The notes below the pieces were generated by a model. It saw only the letters and a list, made by a program, of their open reading frames with translations, made no database searches and was not told the DNA's origin. A stretch of 64,000 nt of DNA, from the NCBI GenBank assembly GCA_025782395.1, contig JALGZD010000211.1, positions 2,111 through 66,110 of the forward strand. The letters run 5' to 3'. The translations under genes were made by a program, and so were the position numbers. The stretch is from a bacterium (GTDB lineage Bacteria > Joyebacterota > Joyebacteria > Joyebacterales > Joyebacteraceae). The first letter of the stretch is position 1, and each line of letters starts with the position of its first letter. Positions 32,331 through 42,973 of this stretch are shown in pieces.

Positions 32331-33842
32331 ATGAACACCGGGGTTCTGGAAGCGCTTCGAAGGGTAGCTCGTACGAAGCAGCTGCACAATGACATCCTCG
32401 TTGAGGCACTGGAGGCGGGCATACTCTCGGCGGCTCGCAAGAAGTTCGGGCCGACCGCCGACATCGAGGTAAGCATCGACGAGGAAAGCGATACGCTGGG
32501 CGTTTTCCTCAACAAGGTCGTGGTGGACGTGCCCGAGGATAGTGTTCTCGAGCTGGATATCGAGGCGGCACAGGAGATTGATCCCACCGCAGAAGTTGGT
32601 CAAACAGTTCAGGTCGAAGTGCCACTTGACGAATTCGGGCGGAACGCAATTCAGGCAGCCAAGCAGATCGTGGTTCAGAGGGTACGAGAGGCAGAAAGGG
32701 AGCACATATACGAGGAGTTCCAGGAGAGGATCGGCGATATCATCACCGGTGACGTCCAGCAGATCGAGCGGGGTGGCATCGTTGTAAACCTGGGACGGAC
32801 CGAGGGACTGCTGCCGCCGAGAGAGCAGATCCGGCGTGAGCGCTACCGACAGGGGGACAGGATACGTGCCTACCTGGTGTCGGTTGAGAAGACCACAAAG
32901 GGACCACAGATCATCCTGTCGAGAACACATCCGAATTTCCTAAAGAAGCTCTTCCGCATGGAAGTGCCGGAGATATACGACTCGGTCGTGGAGATAGCCG
33001 CGATCGCGAGAGAGGCCGGTGGACGTTCGAAGGTCGCGGTAGTCTCTCACGATGAGCGCGTCGATCCTGTTGGAGCGTGTGTAGGGGTGAAGGGTTCCCG
33101 GATCCAGACGATAGTACGGGAACTGGCAGGGGAGAAGATCGACATCGTCGCGTGGAGTGTGGATCCGTCGGTTTTCGTTGGCCGAGCGCTGAATCCAGCC
33201 AAGGTCTCGAAAGCTGTGGTCAATGAGGCAGATCACTCCGTGAGAGCGATTGTGCCGGATGACCAGCTGTCTCTTGCGATTGGGCGAGGCGGGCAGAACG
33301 CGAGGCTTGCCGCGAAACTGACAGGGTGGAAGATCGACATTGTCGGAGAAAAGGAACACGCACGGGATCTGGAAGTTGCTCTGGCGCAGCGTGTTCCCGT
33401 GAGCGGACTGCCCGGTGTGGGACCGAAAATGGCTGATGCTCTCACGCGGGCGGGCTACCGACATGTGCAGGATCTCGATGGTGTCGAGACCGAGGCCCTT
33501 CTGCTGGTCCCCGGCGTGGGAGAGAAGACGGCTGAAAAGATATCGATTGCAGTCGCAGCCGTGCTCGAGGTGCTTGAGGAGGAGAAACAGTCGCTCATCA
33601 GGACGATGGAGGAGCGCGCCCGAGCGGAGGCCATAGAGGCGGAGCTTGCAAGGAACCATGACGAGTGCGAGGATAGTTCCGACGAACCGGATGACAGTCT
33701 GGAGAGCCAGGAGAGCGATGTGGCCGCAGATGATGACGCTGGTGCTGAGGAGACGGTTCTGAGCGACGAAGAGGAGCCGGACACCACCGAGAGCGATGAA
33801 GAGGAACCGGAGATCACCGAGAATGATGAAGAGGAGCGTTAG
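32331..33842 (+). CDS. nusA: Transcription factor NusA with C-terminal HhH motifs and acidic tail
   Basis: FGR.AIQAAKQ, AREAG.RSK.AV, DPVGACVG.KGSRIQ, SLAIGR.GQNARLA. Confidence 0.97.
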   Translation: MNTGVLEALRRVARTKQLHNDILVEALEAGILSAARKKFGPTADIEVSIDEESDTLGVFLNKVVVDVPEDSVLELDIEAAQEIDPTAEVGQTVQVEVPLDEFGRNAIQAAKQIVVQRVREAEREHIYEEFQERIGDIITGDVQQIERGGIVVNLGRTEGLLPPREQIRRERYRQGDRIRAYLVSVEKTTKGPQIILSRTHPNFLKKLFRMEVPEIYDSVVEIAAIAREAGGRSKVAVVSHDERVDPVGACVGVKGSRIQTIVRELAGEKIDIVAWSVDPSVFVGRALNPAKVSKAVVNEADHSVRAIVPDDQLSLAIGRGGQNARLAAKLTGWKIDIVGEKEHARDLEVALAQRVPVSGLPGVGPKMADALTRAGYRHVQDLDGVETEALLLVPGVGEKTAEKISIAVAAVLEVLEEEKQSLIRTMEERARAEAIEAELARNHDECEDSSDEPDDSLESQESDVAADDDAGAEETVLSDEEEPDTTESDEEEPEITENDEEER

Positions 33843-33884
33843 CTCCTTGTCAAGACCTGGTACTGAGAATCAACGGAGGTGCCT

Positions 33885-36233
33885 ATGGGAAAGAAACGAG
33901 TATATCAGGTAGCCAAGGAGTTTCGCATATCGACGGAGGCTCTCATCGGAATGCTCGGGAAACTGGGTGTCGAAGTGAAGAGCCACATGAACACGATAGA
34001 CGAAACCGCCATCGAGCGTGTCCGGGCCGAGTTCGAAAAGGAGAAGGACGCGGTCAAGAAGGAATATGCCAAGAAGGCAAAGAAGGCGGCGCGCGAGCGT
34101 TCGAAGGGCAAGGTGGCTCCACCGAAGGTGGATGCGAAGGGTAAGGGTAGGGGAAAGGCGGCAGCGGTTCACACCAAGGCTGCGTCTCGGGCAAGCGTGG
34201 GTGCTACCGGGGGGGAGAAGACGGCGGGGAGATCTGACGACAAGAGAGCACGGGATCAGCGGCGCGGCGGAGCGGCCCCTACGAGGCGCACGCATACGGG
34301 TCCTCCCGCGACCCGTGGACGCCGGAGGCATAAGCCCCGGGTAGATCAGAAGACGGTCGAGGCGACCGTGAGGCGCACGCTGGCCACTGGGGGTGACAGA
34401 CGACCGACAAAGCGTAGGCGGAGAAAGGAACGAGGAGAAAGCGACCTGACTCAGGTTCCTGAGAGGCTGCAGATCCCTGAGTTTGCCTCCGTCGCAGAAT
34501 TCGCAGAGCAGCTTGAAGTCGCGCCCAATGAGGTAATCAAGAAATGCCTGGATCTGGGTCTCATGGTTACCATCAACCAGCGGCTCGACGAAGACACGCT
34601 GACGCTCCTGGCAGAGGAGTTCGGCGAGGACGTTGAGTTTCTGCGCGAGTACGGTGAGGACTTGCTGGAGGAAGCGCGCGACAGGATCGACTCAGAGATC
34701 GAGGCGACCGAGAGAGCTCCGGTTGTCGTAGTCATGGGACACGTGGATCACGGCAAGACCCTGCTCCTGGACTACATCAGGAAAGCGAATGTAATCGCGG
34801 GGGAAGCCGGAGGAATCACGCAGCACATCGGCGCCTATGAGGTGAGCGTGGACGGGCGCACGATCACTTTCCTTGATACGCCGGGTCACGAGGCCTTCAC
34901 CGCAATGCGTGCGCGAGGCGCGCAGATCACCGATATCGTCGTGCTGGTCGTAGCTGGGGATGACGGCGTCATGCCCCAGACTGTTGAAGCGATCGACCAT
35001 GCTAAGGCCGCGGGCGTTCCAGTGATTGTCGCTATCAACAAGATGGACCTTCAAACGGTGAACCCCGACAAGGTGAAGAGCGAACTCGCCGCAAAGGGGC
35101 TGGTCGTCGAGGAATGGGGAGGCGAGACTGTTGCAGTCGAGACATCAGCCAAGACGGGCGCCGGTGTCGACAAACTGCTCGAGATGGTACTGATCCAGTC
35201 TGAGCTTCTGGAGCTCTCGGCGGTTGCAGAAGGACCAGCGCGAGGCGTTGTTGTGGAAGTCGAGAAGGAGCGGGGGCGCGGTGTTGTTGCGACCGTGCTC
35301 GTTCAGACAGGGATACTCAAGGTTGGTGACTGCTTTGTTGTCGGCACGGTCGACGGCAAGGTCCGCGCTCTGTTTGATGAACGAGGTAACAGTGTCGAAT
35401 CAGCAGGGCCATCACAGCCGGTACAGGTATCCGGTCTGGCGGGGGTTCCACAGTCCGGAGACATCGCGGCTGTGGTCGCGGACGAGCGGCGCGCACGAGA
35501 CATCGGCGCGAAGCGTCGCCAGCAGCAGTGGGAACGCTCAACGCGCTTCCGGCACAGGGTGACGCTGGAGGATCTGCACAGGCAGATCGTCGAGGGCGCT
35601 GTGAAGGATCTGCGAATAGTCATACGTGGCGACGTAGATGGCTCGGTCGGCGCGCTCGCAGATTCACTCGAACGGCTATCGACGTCCGAGGTCAGGATTC
35701 AGGTTATTCGCAAGGCTGTGGGCCCTGTGACTGAGACCGACATACTGCTGGCCGCTGCCTCGAACGCCATCATCGTAGGCTTCCATATCGGAGCGTCGGT
35801 GCGTGTCAGGGAACTGGCTCGTCGAGAGCATGTGGAGATCCGTCTGTACAAGGTGATCTACGAGGCTGTCGAGGACATCCGTGCTGCCATGGAGGGTATG
35901 CTGGAACCGGAACGCCGCGAGGTAGTGGTGGGAACCGCCGAGGTGCGCGAGGTCTTCCGGATTCCGAACAAGGGGCCGGTCGCCGGTTCCTATGTGCTCT
36001 CAGGTGTTGTGAAACGGAATACCAAGGCGAGAGTCATACGCGACGAGATGGTCGTGTGCGATGGCATGATCGAATCCTTGAAGCGTTTCAAGGATGACGT
36101 CCGCGAAGTTCAGACGGGGTTCGAGTGCGGGATCGGCATTACGGGAATGAACGACGTGATGCCCGGCGACCTCATCGAGGTCTATGACATTGAGGAGATC
36201 GCCAGGAGATTGGGAGCGCCGACCAGCGCCTAG
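33885..36233 (+). CDS. infB: Translation initiation factor IF-2
   Basis: [48 protein letters not shown]. Confidence 0.98.
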   Translation: MGKKRVYQVAKEFRISTEALIGMLGKLGVEVKSHMNTIDETAIERVRAEFEKEKDAVKKEYAKKAKKAARERSKGKVAPPKVDAKGKGRGKAAAVHTKAASRASVGATGGEKTAGRSDDKRARDQRRGGAAPTRRTHTGPPATRGRRRHKPRVDQKTVEATVRRTLATGGDRRPTKRRRRKERGESDLTQVPERLQIPEFASVAEFAEQLEVAPNEVIKKCLDLGLMVTINQRLDEDTLTLLAEEFGEDVEFLREYGEDLLEEARDRIDSEIEATERAPVVVVMGHVDHGKTLLLDYIRKANVIAGEAGGITQHIGAYEVSVDGRTITFLDTPGHEAFTAMRARGAQITDIVVLVVAGDDGVMPQTVEAIDHAKAAGVPVIVAINKMDLQTVNPDKVKSELAAKGLVVEEWGGETVAVETSAKTGAGVDKLLEMVLIQSELLELSAVAEGPARGVVVEVEKERGRGVVATVLVQTGILKVGDCFVVGTVDGKVRALFDERGNSVESAGPSQPVQVSGLAGVPQSGDIAAVVADERRARDIGAKRRQQQWERSTRFRHRVTLEDLHRQIVEGAVKDLRIVIRGDVDGSVGALADSLERLSTSEVRIQVIRKAVGPVTETDILLAAASNAIIVGFHIGASVRVRELARREHVEIRLYKVIYEAVEDIRAAMEGMLEPERREVVVGTAEVREVFRIPNKGPVAGSYVLSGVVKRNTKARVIRDEMVVCDGMIESLKRFKDDVREVQTGFECGIGITGMNDVMPGDLIEVYDIEEIARRLGAPTSA

Positions 36234-36239
36234 GGAAGC

Positions 36240-36536
36240 GTGAGAGAGGGCATGCTCGTATCCACACTAAAGGTGGATCTCCTCCTTCGGGAGAGCCGTT
36301 CGCTCAAGGATCGGCGGCGTGTCCTGAACAGTCTGAAAGACAGGATTCGTTCGAAGTTCAACGTGTCGATCGCCGATGTCGGCGAGCAGGATTCGTGGCA
36401 TCGAGCAGTTCTGGGCGTGGCGGTCGTCTCGAATGACGGCCGTTTCGCAAATGAGGTGCTTTCAAAGGTGCTCCGATTGGTCGAATCGGAGCCGAGGGTC
36501 GAGATCGTGGAGCAGATACTCGACCTGGGACGATAG
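36240..36536 (+). CDS. DUF503 (YlxP-like) protein
   Basis: SLKDRR.V..SLKDR...FNVSIA.V..QD.W; position between infB and rbfA. Confidence 0.88.
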   Translation: MREGMLVSTLKVDLLLRESRSLKDRRRVLNSLKDRIRSKFNVSIADVGEQDSWHRAVLGVAVVSNDGRFANEVLSKVLRLVESEPRVEIVEQILDLGR

Positions 36537-36564
36537 TGGTGATCAGGAACGGGAGGTCTTGGGA

Positions 36565-36969
36565 GTGGCGCACAAGCGCGTCCTGAGAGTGGCCGAGGCC
36601 ACGAAAAGGGAACTCGGCTTCATTCTGGACCACAAGATCAACGACCCACAGCTTGGCCTCGTGACGGTGACAAGGGTCGACATGTCCGATGATCTTCGCC
36701 ATGCGAAGGTCTATGTGACTACTCTGGGTGATGCCGAGGACAAGACACGGGCTATCAGGCGGCTGGTCCGGGCACGCGGTTTCATTCGATGCGAGCTGGC
36801 TCAGGCACTCCCGTTGCGGGTTGCTCCAGAGCTTGTGTTTGTGCGGGACGATTCGGCCGAGAGGTACCTTGAGATCAAGGGGCTACTCGACGAGATCTGC
36901 ACGGAGGAGGAAAGAGCAGGTGCTGGACACGAACCAGCGAGCGAAGATACAGAAGACGCTGACGAGTGA
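36565..36969 (+). CDS. rbfA: Ribosome-binding factor A
   Basis: R..RVAE, DP.LG.VTVTRV.MS.DLR.AKVY, LR.APEL.F..D. Confidence 0.95.
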   Translation: MAHKRVLRVAEATKRELGFILDHKINDPQLGLVTVTRVDMSDDLRHAKVYVTTLGDAEDKTRAIRRLVRARGFIRCELAQALPLRVAPELVFVRDDSAERYLEIKGLLDEICTEEERAGAGHEPASEDTEDADE

Positions 36970-37900
36970 CGGACCGTTCCTCGTAGTGTCGCACCGGAGA
37001 CCGGACGGCGATGCAATCGGCACCAGCCTTGCGCTTGCCGCATGGCTGCGAGGACAGGGTAAGGAGGTAGCGGTCTGGATGCCGGACCCCGTGCCCGCAA
37101 ACTACCGCTTTATTCGCGCTGTGCAACACATCGTCGCCAGCCTGCCACCGGACCTTTCAGATACAGTCGTGGTCTTTGTGGACTCTCCGGGTATCGACAG
37201 AGCGGGAGATGCAAGCGCCTTGCTGGGCAAGGCGCGGATGATCATCAACATAGACCATCACACTGGGAACACGAGATTCGGTGACCTTAACCTCGTTGAC
37301 ACGAGCGCGGCTGCAGCTGCGCTGATTCTGCTGGAACTGATGGAAGAAGCTGGAATCGATCCGGATCCAGAGGTCGCCTCACTGCTCTACGTTGGACTCC
37401 TTGCGGACACAGGGGGGTTCCGCCACGGCAACACGGATGCGCGCGTTCTGGCGGCAGCCGGCCGTCTTGTGGAGAGGGGCGCAGACCCTGCGGAGCTCTC
37501 CAGGAACGTGTTTGGAGAAGTAGCGGCAGGTCAGATCCATCTCCTGGGACTCGTTCTCAGTTCGTTGGAACTCGAACTCGATGGACGGGTGTCTCTCATG
37601 TTTCTCACCGACGAGATGAGGACCCGGGCGGGTGTGTCCGAAGAAACGCTCGAGGGGCTCCCGACCTATGGGAGGATGATAAGGGGTGTAGCTGTTGCCG
37701 TGCTGTTGAGAGAGGAACCCGGTGCCACCAGAGTTAACCTCAGGTCCAAAGGCGTGGTCGATGTGAATGCCATCGCGGCGACACTCGGAGGTGGCGGTCA
37801 CGCTTCGGCCTCGGGGGCAACAGTTGATGCTCCGATCGATGTAGCGCGCAGGATTGTCCTCTCAGCCATTCGCGATGCCGTGGAGTCGATCAGACCATGA
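36920..37900 (+). CDS. nrnA: DHH/DHHA1 phosphoesterase (NrnA-like)
   Basis: H..PDGDAIG, NIDHH.GN, DTGGF, GGGGH..ASG. Confidence 0.88.
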   Translation: MLDTNQRAKIQKTLTSDGPFLVVSHRRPDGDAIGTSLALAAWLRGQGKEVAVWMPDPVPANYRFIRAVQHIVASLPPDLSDTVVVFVDSPGIDRAGDASALLGKARMIINIDHHTGNTRFGDLNLVDTSAAAAALILLELMEEAGIDPDPEVASLLYVGLLADTGGFRHGNTDARVLAAAGRLVERGADPAELSRNVFGEVAAGQIHLLGLVLSSLELELDGRVSLMFLTDEMRTRAGVSEETLEGLPTYGRMIRGVAVAVLLREEPGATRVNLRSKGVVDVNAIAATLGGGGHASASGATVDAPIDVARRIVLSAIRDAVESIRP

Positions 37901-38802
37901 ACAGGCTCTTCGTCATAGACAAGCCGTCGGGACTCACATCGCACGATGTCGTCGACAGAGTGAGACACGTGCTGCGGATGAGGCGCGTCGGGCACGCCGG
38001 GACATTAGACCCTTCGGCAACGGGTGTTCTACTTATAATGACGGGGTACGCGACACGCCTGGCGCAGTTCCTTGTGGAGACCGAGAAAGAGTACGCGGGA
38101 CAGATGGTTCTGGGCGTTGCGACTGACACGCAGGATGCTGACGGGAAAGTCATCGCGACCGGCGACATCGCCGGAATCGACAGAACCCAGGTGGAGAGCG
38201 CCTGCGCGGCATTCAGAGGCGACATAGAGCAGATCCCTCCGATGATGTCGGCAGTCAAGCGGAATGGGGAACGGCTCTATGTTCTCGCGAGGAAAGGTAT
38301 CGCGGTCGAGCGTGAGCCAAGACCGGTCAGGGTCGAGCGATTCGAAATCATGTCGTTCGCTCCACCGTTGGTGGGGTTCGAGGTCGTCTGTTCGAAGGGC
38401 ACGTATGTTCGCACCCTGGTGGCGGATGTCGGCGAACGGCTTGGCTCGGGCGCGCACGTGAGCGAACTCAGGCGGACCAGAGTCGGGCGTTTCCACTCCG
38501 GGACGGCGATACCTCTTGCGGAGTTTGAGCGTGCGACAGGAAACGTCGAGACGCTTGGATACTCCCTTTTCGAGGCAGTGCAGCATTTCACATCTCTTCA
38601 CCTCAATGGGAGTGAGGCGGACAGGATCTCAGAGGGGGGAGGCATAGAGGTGGAATCCGCACGCCTTGAATCGCCTTCCGAGTATCTCCGCCTGACGCCG
38701 GACGGGCAGCGTCTTCTGGCAATAGCTGCGATGGAGCGCGGAGAGGACGGGGCCGCAGTGACGGTGCGTCCCATCCGGGTCTTTCCCGGGGAGGGTTGTT
38801 GA
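37897..38802 (+). CDS. truB: tRNA pseudouridine(55) synthase
   Basis: DKP.G.TSHDVV, GHAGTLDP.ATGVL, Q.PP..SA.K, CSKGTYVR. Confidence 0.97.
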   Translation: MNRLFVIDKPSGLTSHDVVDRVRHVLRMRRVGHAGTLDPSATGVLLIMTGYATRLAQFLVETEKEYAGQMVLGVATDTQDADGKVIATGDIAGIDRTQVESACAAFRGDIEQIPPMMSAVKRNGERLYVLARKGIAVEREPRPVRVERFEIMSFAPPLVGFEVVCSKGTYVRTLVADVGERLGSGAHVSELRRTRVGRFHSGTAIPLAEFERATGNVETLGYSLFEAVQHFTSLHLNGSEADRISEGGGIEVESARLESPSEYLRLTPDGQRLLAIAAMERGEDGAAVTVRPIRVFPGEGC

Positions 38803-39722
38803 GAATCCTGAGGAGTCCTCGCGAGCTGCCGGCAAATGCAGCCGAGCTTTCGGTGACTGTCGGCAACTTCGATGGTGTTCACAGGGGGCATCGGGCGGTT
38901 TTCGCTGAACTCCTCTCAAGCGGGATCCGGGACTGCCGGACTTCTGTTGCAGTGGCCTTCGTGCCGCACCCGTTGGCCGTTGTCGCACCGGAGCGTGCCC
39001 CGCAACTTCTGAGTCCGGAACAGGAGCGTGAGGAACTCGTTGCTCACTCCGGAATCGACGCTCTTCTGGTAGTCGATTTCACACATGAGATCGGGCGAAT
39101 GACCGCGCAGGAGTTCCTGACCTGGTTAGGGATCGGCAGGGGAGCGCATCTCGTGCTCGGTTATGACTTCCACATGGGTCGCGACAGGGCATGTGGACTT
39201 GAGCGTCTTGGTGAGCTTGGCAAAGACATGGGATATGGGTTTGACGTCGTTCCACCCGTGCTTCAGGACGGAATTCCCATCTCGAGTTCCCGAATACGGA
39301 GGGTTCTGACGGAAGGGGATGTGGCGGCTGCGGGCAAGATGCTCGGCAGGGACTATACGCTTGCCGGTGAAGTTGTGGCAGGCGACGGCATAGGAGCCCG
39401 TCGGTTCGGCACGCCAACCGCTAATCTCCGTCTGCCTGATACGAAGCTCCTCCCGGCTGACGGTGTGTACCTTATCGGGGTGCCCTCATTCGAGGGCCGC
39501 TTCGGGCTTCTGTATATCGGGAGACGGCCGACGTTTGGTCGGGGAGAGCGGCGCGTGGAGGTACATATCTTCGATTGCGACGCCGATCTGTACGGTGGGA
39601 GACTGGTCGTCAGTGTACTGCGACGCCTTCGCGGCGATATCAGATTCGATGAGGATGAGGCTCTGGCGAAGCAGATCCTGCTGGACATCGCTCAAGGTCG
39701 GGCACTCGCGGGCGAGTTCTAG
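38796..39722 (+). CDS. ribF: Bifunctional riboflavin kinase / FAD synthetase
   Basis: [33 protein letters not shown]. Confidence 0.95.
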   Translation: MLRILRSPRELPANAAELSVTVGNFDGVHRGHRAVFAELLSSGIRDCRTSVAVAFVPHPLAVVAPERAPQLLSPEQEREELVAHSGIDALLVVDFTHEIGRMTAQEFLTWLGIGRGAHLVLGYDFHMGRDRACGLERLGELGKDMGYGFDVVPPVLQDGIPISSSRIRRVLTEGDVAAAGKMLGRDYTLAGEVVAGDGIGARRFGTPTANLRLPDTKLLPADGVYLIGVPSFEGRFGLLYIGRRPTFGRGERRVEVHIFDCDADLYGGRLVVSVLRRLRGDIRFDEDEALAKQILLDIAQGRALAGEF

Positions 39723-39758
39723 GTAAGGCCGCCGCTGAAGCAGGGGGCGATTTTGTCT

Positions 39759-39787
39759 TTGACATGGGGATATCCGTATGCTACATT
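39759..39787 (+). promoter_or_regulatory. sigma70 promoter for rpsO-pnp
   Basis: TTGACA-N17-TACATT with TG extension. Confidence 0.65.
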
Positions 39788-39841
39788 CCTAAAGTTAGAG
39801 ACGAGTTGGAGCAATCCGGCAAGAAGATGAGGAGTTTGGAT

Positions 39842-40111
39842 TTGTCGCTGTCGAAGGAGAGGAAGCAAGAGATTGTCCATCGGTTTGAGACTCACGCTGG
39901 CGATACTGGGTCGGCGGAGGTTCAGATTGCGCTCTTGACTGAGAGAATTGAGACACTCGCCGAGCACTTCGGCCAGCACAAGAAGGACAACCACTCACGG
40001 CTGGGCCTTCTGAAGATGGTCGGTAAGAGGCGACGTCTCTTGAACTACCTCAAGACAAGCAAGATGAGTAGTTACAAGGCAGTAATCAAGGAACTGGGGT
40101 TGCGCAGGTAG
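39842..40111 (+). CDS. rpsO: 30S ribosomal protein S15 (89 aa from TTG)
   Basis: [17 protein letters not shown]...HKKD.HSR.GLLKMVG.RRRLL.YL. Confidence 0.98.
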   Translation: MSLSKERKQEIVHRFETHAGDTGSAEVQIALLTERIETLAEHFGQHKKDNHSRLGLLKMVGKRRRLLNYLKTSKMSSYKAVIKELGLRR

Positions 40112-40218
40112 TGCGAGCATCAAGCAATGGTGCGCATGCCCTCAAGGAGCTGGCCCTCCCGCGAGCAGGTGGGAGGGTTTCGCTTAGTTAGTGGCCCCAG
40201 CATAAGTGGAGGAAAGAG

Positions 40219-42387
40219 ATGCAGTTCAAGTTGGAAAAGGAATGGGCGGGAAGACCGTTCTCGATGGAGACGGGGCGCCTTGCGAAACAGGCAAGTGGAG
40301 CGGTGCTGATCCAGTACGGGGAGTCAGTCATTCTGGCAACCGTTGTGAGTTCACAACACACGACCGAGCGTGACTGGTTGCCGCTCTTCGTCGAATACCG
40401 ACAGAAGTTCTATGCGGCGGGAAAGATCCCCGGGGGCTTTTTCAAGAGGGAAGGCAGGCCGCAGACTAAGGAAATCCTCAGCGCCAGACAGATCGATCGC
40501 CCGCTTCGTCCTCTCGTTCCTTCCCATATGAGGAACGAGATCCAGGTGTTCGTGAACATTCTGTCGGCCGACGGGGAGAACGACCCCGATATCCTCGGCA
40601 TCATCGGTGCAAGTGCTGCGATGTGTCTCTCAAACGTTCCGTTTGCGGGACCGGTTGGAGCTGTGAGAATCGGGCTCATTGAAGGCGACTATGTTGTGAA
40701 CCCGACGTTCGAGGAGCTTGAGACGAGCCGGCTGAATATCGTCGTTGCCGGGACCGACGAGGCGGTGGTCATGGTCGAGGGCTCGGCCCGTGAGATCTCT
40801 GAGGACGAGATGCAGGGCGCTCTCGATCTGGCACACGTCGAGATCCGGAAGGTGGTGGCGTTCCAGAATGAGCTGATTGCGGACCGACAGGCCGAGAAGC
40901 TCGTGATAGCTCCGAAGGAACTCCCCGATGGACTCGATGAGCGCGTTCGCAGAGCATACGGCGAGCGAGTCGGACAGGCGACCGGCATTCGCAACAGGGT
41001 GGAGCGCCGTGAAACGCTTGATGCGCTGTGCGATGAAGCGCTCGAGGCGCTCGGCGAGGAGTATCCGGATGCGAGCCGGGCCATTTCCGATGTGATTCAT
41101 GCTCTCGAGAAGGAAGCAATACGTGGTCGCGTCATCAGAGACCATGTGAGAGTGGATGGACGTGGTCCCGATGACGTGAGGGAGATCACGTGTGAGACGT
41201 CGGTTCTTCCGAGAACTCACGGTTCCGCGGTCTTCACAAGGGGAGAGACACAGGCGCTTTGCGTGACAACGCTCGGCTCGACGAGGGATGAGCAGAAGAT
41301 CGACGCCCTTGAGGGAGAGTCGTGGAGGAGCTACATGCTTCACTACAACTTCCCGTCATTCTCGGTGGGTGAGGTGAGACCGATCAGGGGGCCCGGCCGT
41401 CGCGAGATAGGCCACGGGATGCTCGCAGAGAGATCGATAGAACCCGTGCTTCCGACCACTGAGGTCTTCCCATACACGATCCGCCTTGTCTCCGACATCC
41501 TGGAGTCGAACGGGTCGTCCAGCATGGCCACCGTGTGCGCCGGCTCGCTGGCGCTCATGGACGCAGGCGTGCCGACGAAGTCGGCCGTCGCCGGTGTCGC
41601 CATGGGCCTGATGAAGGAAGGCGATGACTACGTCATCCTGACGGACATCCAGGGCCTGGAGGACCATATCGGCGACATGGACTTCAAATTGGCCGGGACG
41701 GAGACGGGCATTACAGCGTTCCAGTTGGATTCGAAGATCGGTGCGATCCCGTCGCGGCTTCTTTCGGAGGCGCTTGCCAAGGCCAAGGTGGCGCGGTTGC
41801 ACATTCTCGGTATCATGGCTGAGTCGCTCGAAAACGCGAGACCGGATCTGTCGCAGTACGCTCCCAGAATCGTGATGGTGAAGGTGCCGCCGGACAAGAT
41901 CGGGGAGATCATCGGTCCGGGGGGACGCGTCATACGGAAGCTGCAGGAGGAGAGCGCAACCAAGATCGACATCGACGACGAAGGCATCGTCAAGATCTCC
42001 GGTACTGATGCCAGCGGCGTGGAGTCGGCGCGGTCGACGATCGAGCTTATGATCAAGGTGCCCGAGGTTGGAGAGATCTTTGAGGGTCCTGTCCGCAGCA
42101 TCACGGATTTCGGCGCCTTCGTCGAGATCCTGCCCGGGCGGGACGGCCTTGTTCACATCTCAGAGCTTGAGTACCACCGGGTGAACAGTGTCGAGGATGT
42201 CTGCAAGCTGGGTGACATCATGAAGGTAAAGGTCATAGGGGTTGAGGATCACGGCAAAGTTCGCCTGAGTCGGAGAGCTCTTATGGAGAAGCCCGAAGGC
42301 TACGTCGAACGCAGCAGCAGACCTCCCGGCAGGCGCCCATCGAGACCGGGTGGCCGCTCCGGAGGAGACAGAAAGAACCGCAGATAG
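40219..42387 (+). CDS. pnp: Polyribonucleotide nucleotidyltransferase
   Basis: ETG.LAKQA, GKIPGGFFKREG, RREIGHG, ESNGSSSMA, GDMDFK, KH and S1 domains. Confidence 0.98.
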   Translation: MQFKLEKEWAGRPFSMETGRLAKQASGAVLIQYGESVILATVVSSQHTTERDWLPLFVEYRQKFYAAGKIPGGFFKREGRPQTKEILSARQIDRPLRPLVPSHMRNEIQVFVNILSADGENDPDILGIIGASAAMCLSNVPFAGPVGAVRIGLIEGDYVVNPTFEELETSRLNIVVAGTDEAVVMVEGSAREISEDEMQGALDLAHVEIRKVVAFQNELIADRQAEKLVIAPKELPDGLDERVRRAYGERVGQATGIRNRVERRETLDALCDEALEALGEEYPDASRAISDVIHALEKEAIRGRVIRDHVRVDGRGPDDVREITCETSVLPRTHGSAVFTRGETQALCVTTLGSTRDEQKIDALEGESWRSYMLHYNFPSFSVGEVRPIRGPGRREIGHGMLAERSIEPVLPTTEVFPYTIRLVSDILESNGSSSMATVCAGSLALMDAGVPTKSAVAGVAMGLMKEGDDYVILTDIQGLEDHIGDMDFKLAGTETGITAFQLDSKIGAIPSRLLSEALAKAKVARLHILGIMAESLENARPDLSQYAPRIVMVKVPPDKIGEIIGPGGRVIRKLQEESATKIDIDDEGIVKISGTDASGVESARSTIELMIKVPEVGEIFEGPVRSITDFGAFVEILPGRDGLVHISELEYHRVNSVEDVCKLGDIMKVKVIGVEDHGKVRLSRRALMEKPEGYVERSSRPPGRRPSRPGGRSGGDRKNRR

Positions 42388-42396
42388 AGGAGAGAG

Positions 42397-42427
42397 GGCC
42401 CGCCGGTCTCCCGGCGGGCCTTTCCTT
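42397..42427 (+). terminator. Intrinsic terminator after pnp
   Basis: GGCCCGCCGG-TCTC-CCGGCGGGCC followed by TTTCCTT. Confidence 0.8.
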
Positions 42428-42500
42428 ATTGTGGCCGAGCGGTTTCATTGTATGCTGGGTCGCGGTTCGGGTTTGCAGGGTGTTCTCAGGAGGATGTGGG

Positions 42501-42968
42501 TTGGCTGAGAAACTTAGAATAGAGATAGCCCGATTGAGTGGGTCCGACGGCCTGCCGCTTCCCAAGCGAATGAGTGTGGGCGCGTCGGGCGCCGACCTTC
42601 ATGCGGCGCTGGACGAGGCTGTGAGCATCCGGCCGGGGGCCTTTGCTCTGATACCTACGGGAATAGCGATTGCCGTTCCGCGCGGCCACGAGGCTCAGGT
42701 GCGGTCGCGAAGTGGACTGGCCGCCCGAAATGGGGTGTTTGTACTCAACAGCCCGGGAACGATCGATGCGGACTACAGAGGGGAGATAGGAATCATACTG
42801 GCCAATCTGGGATCGGAGCCTTTCACTGTTAAGAGGGGTGATCGAATCGCACAGATCGTCGTATCGCGTGTCTCCGAAGTGGAGTGGGTCGAGACGAAGG
42901 AACTTGCCGGGACCAGGAGACAGGATGGTGGTTTCGGCCACACCGGAGTCGGTGGCGACAGGGAGTAA
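42501..42968 (+). CDS. dut: dUTP diphosphatase
   Basis: GADL, RSGLA, NSPGTIDADYRGE, GDRIAQ, R..GGFGHTG. Confidence 0.96.
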   Translation: MAEKLRIEIARLSGSDGLPLPKRMSVGASGADLHAALDEAVSIRPGAFALIPTGIAIAVPRGHEAQVRSRSGLAARNGVFVLNSPGTIDADYRGEIGIILANLGSEPFTVKRGDRIAQIVVSRVSEVEWVETKELAGTRRQDGGFGHTGVGGDRE

Positions 42969-42973
42969 CCGCT

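Noticed and set aside
36920-36969. Frameshift or fusion between rbfA and the DHH gene
   Set aside because: Both frames are complete with their own motifs; this is a simple 50-nt overlap
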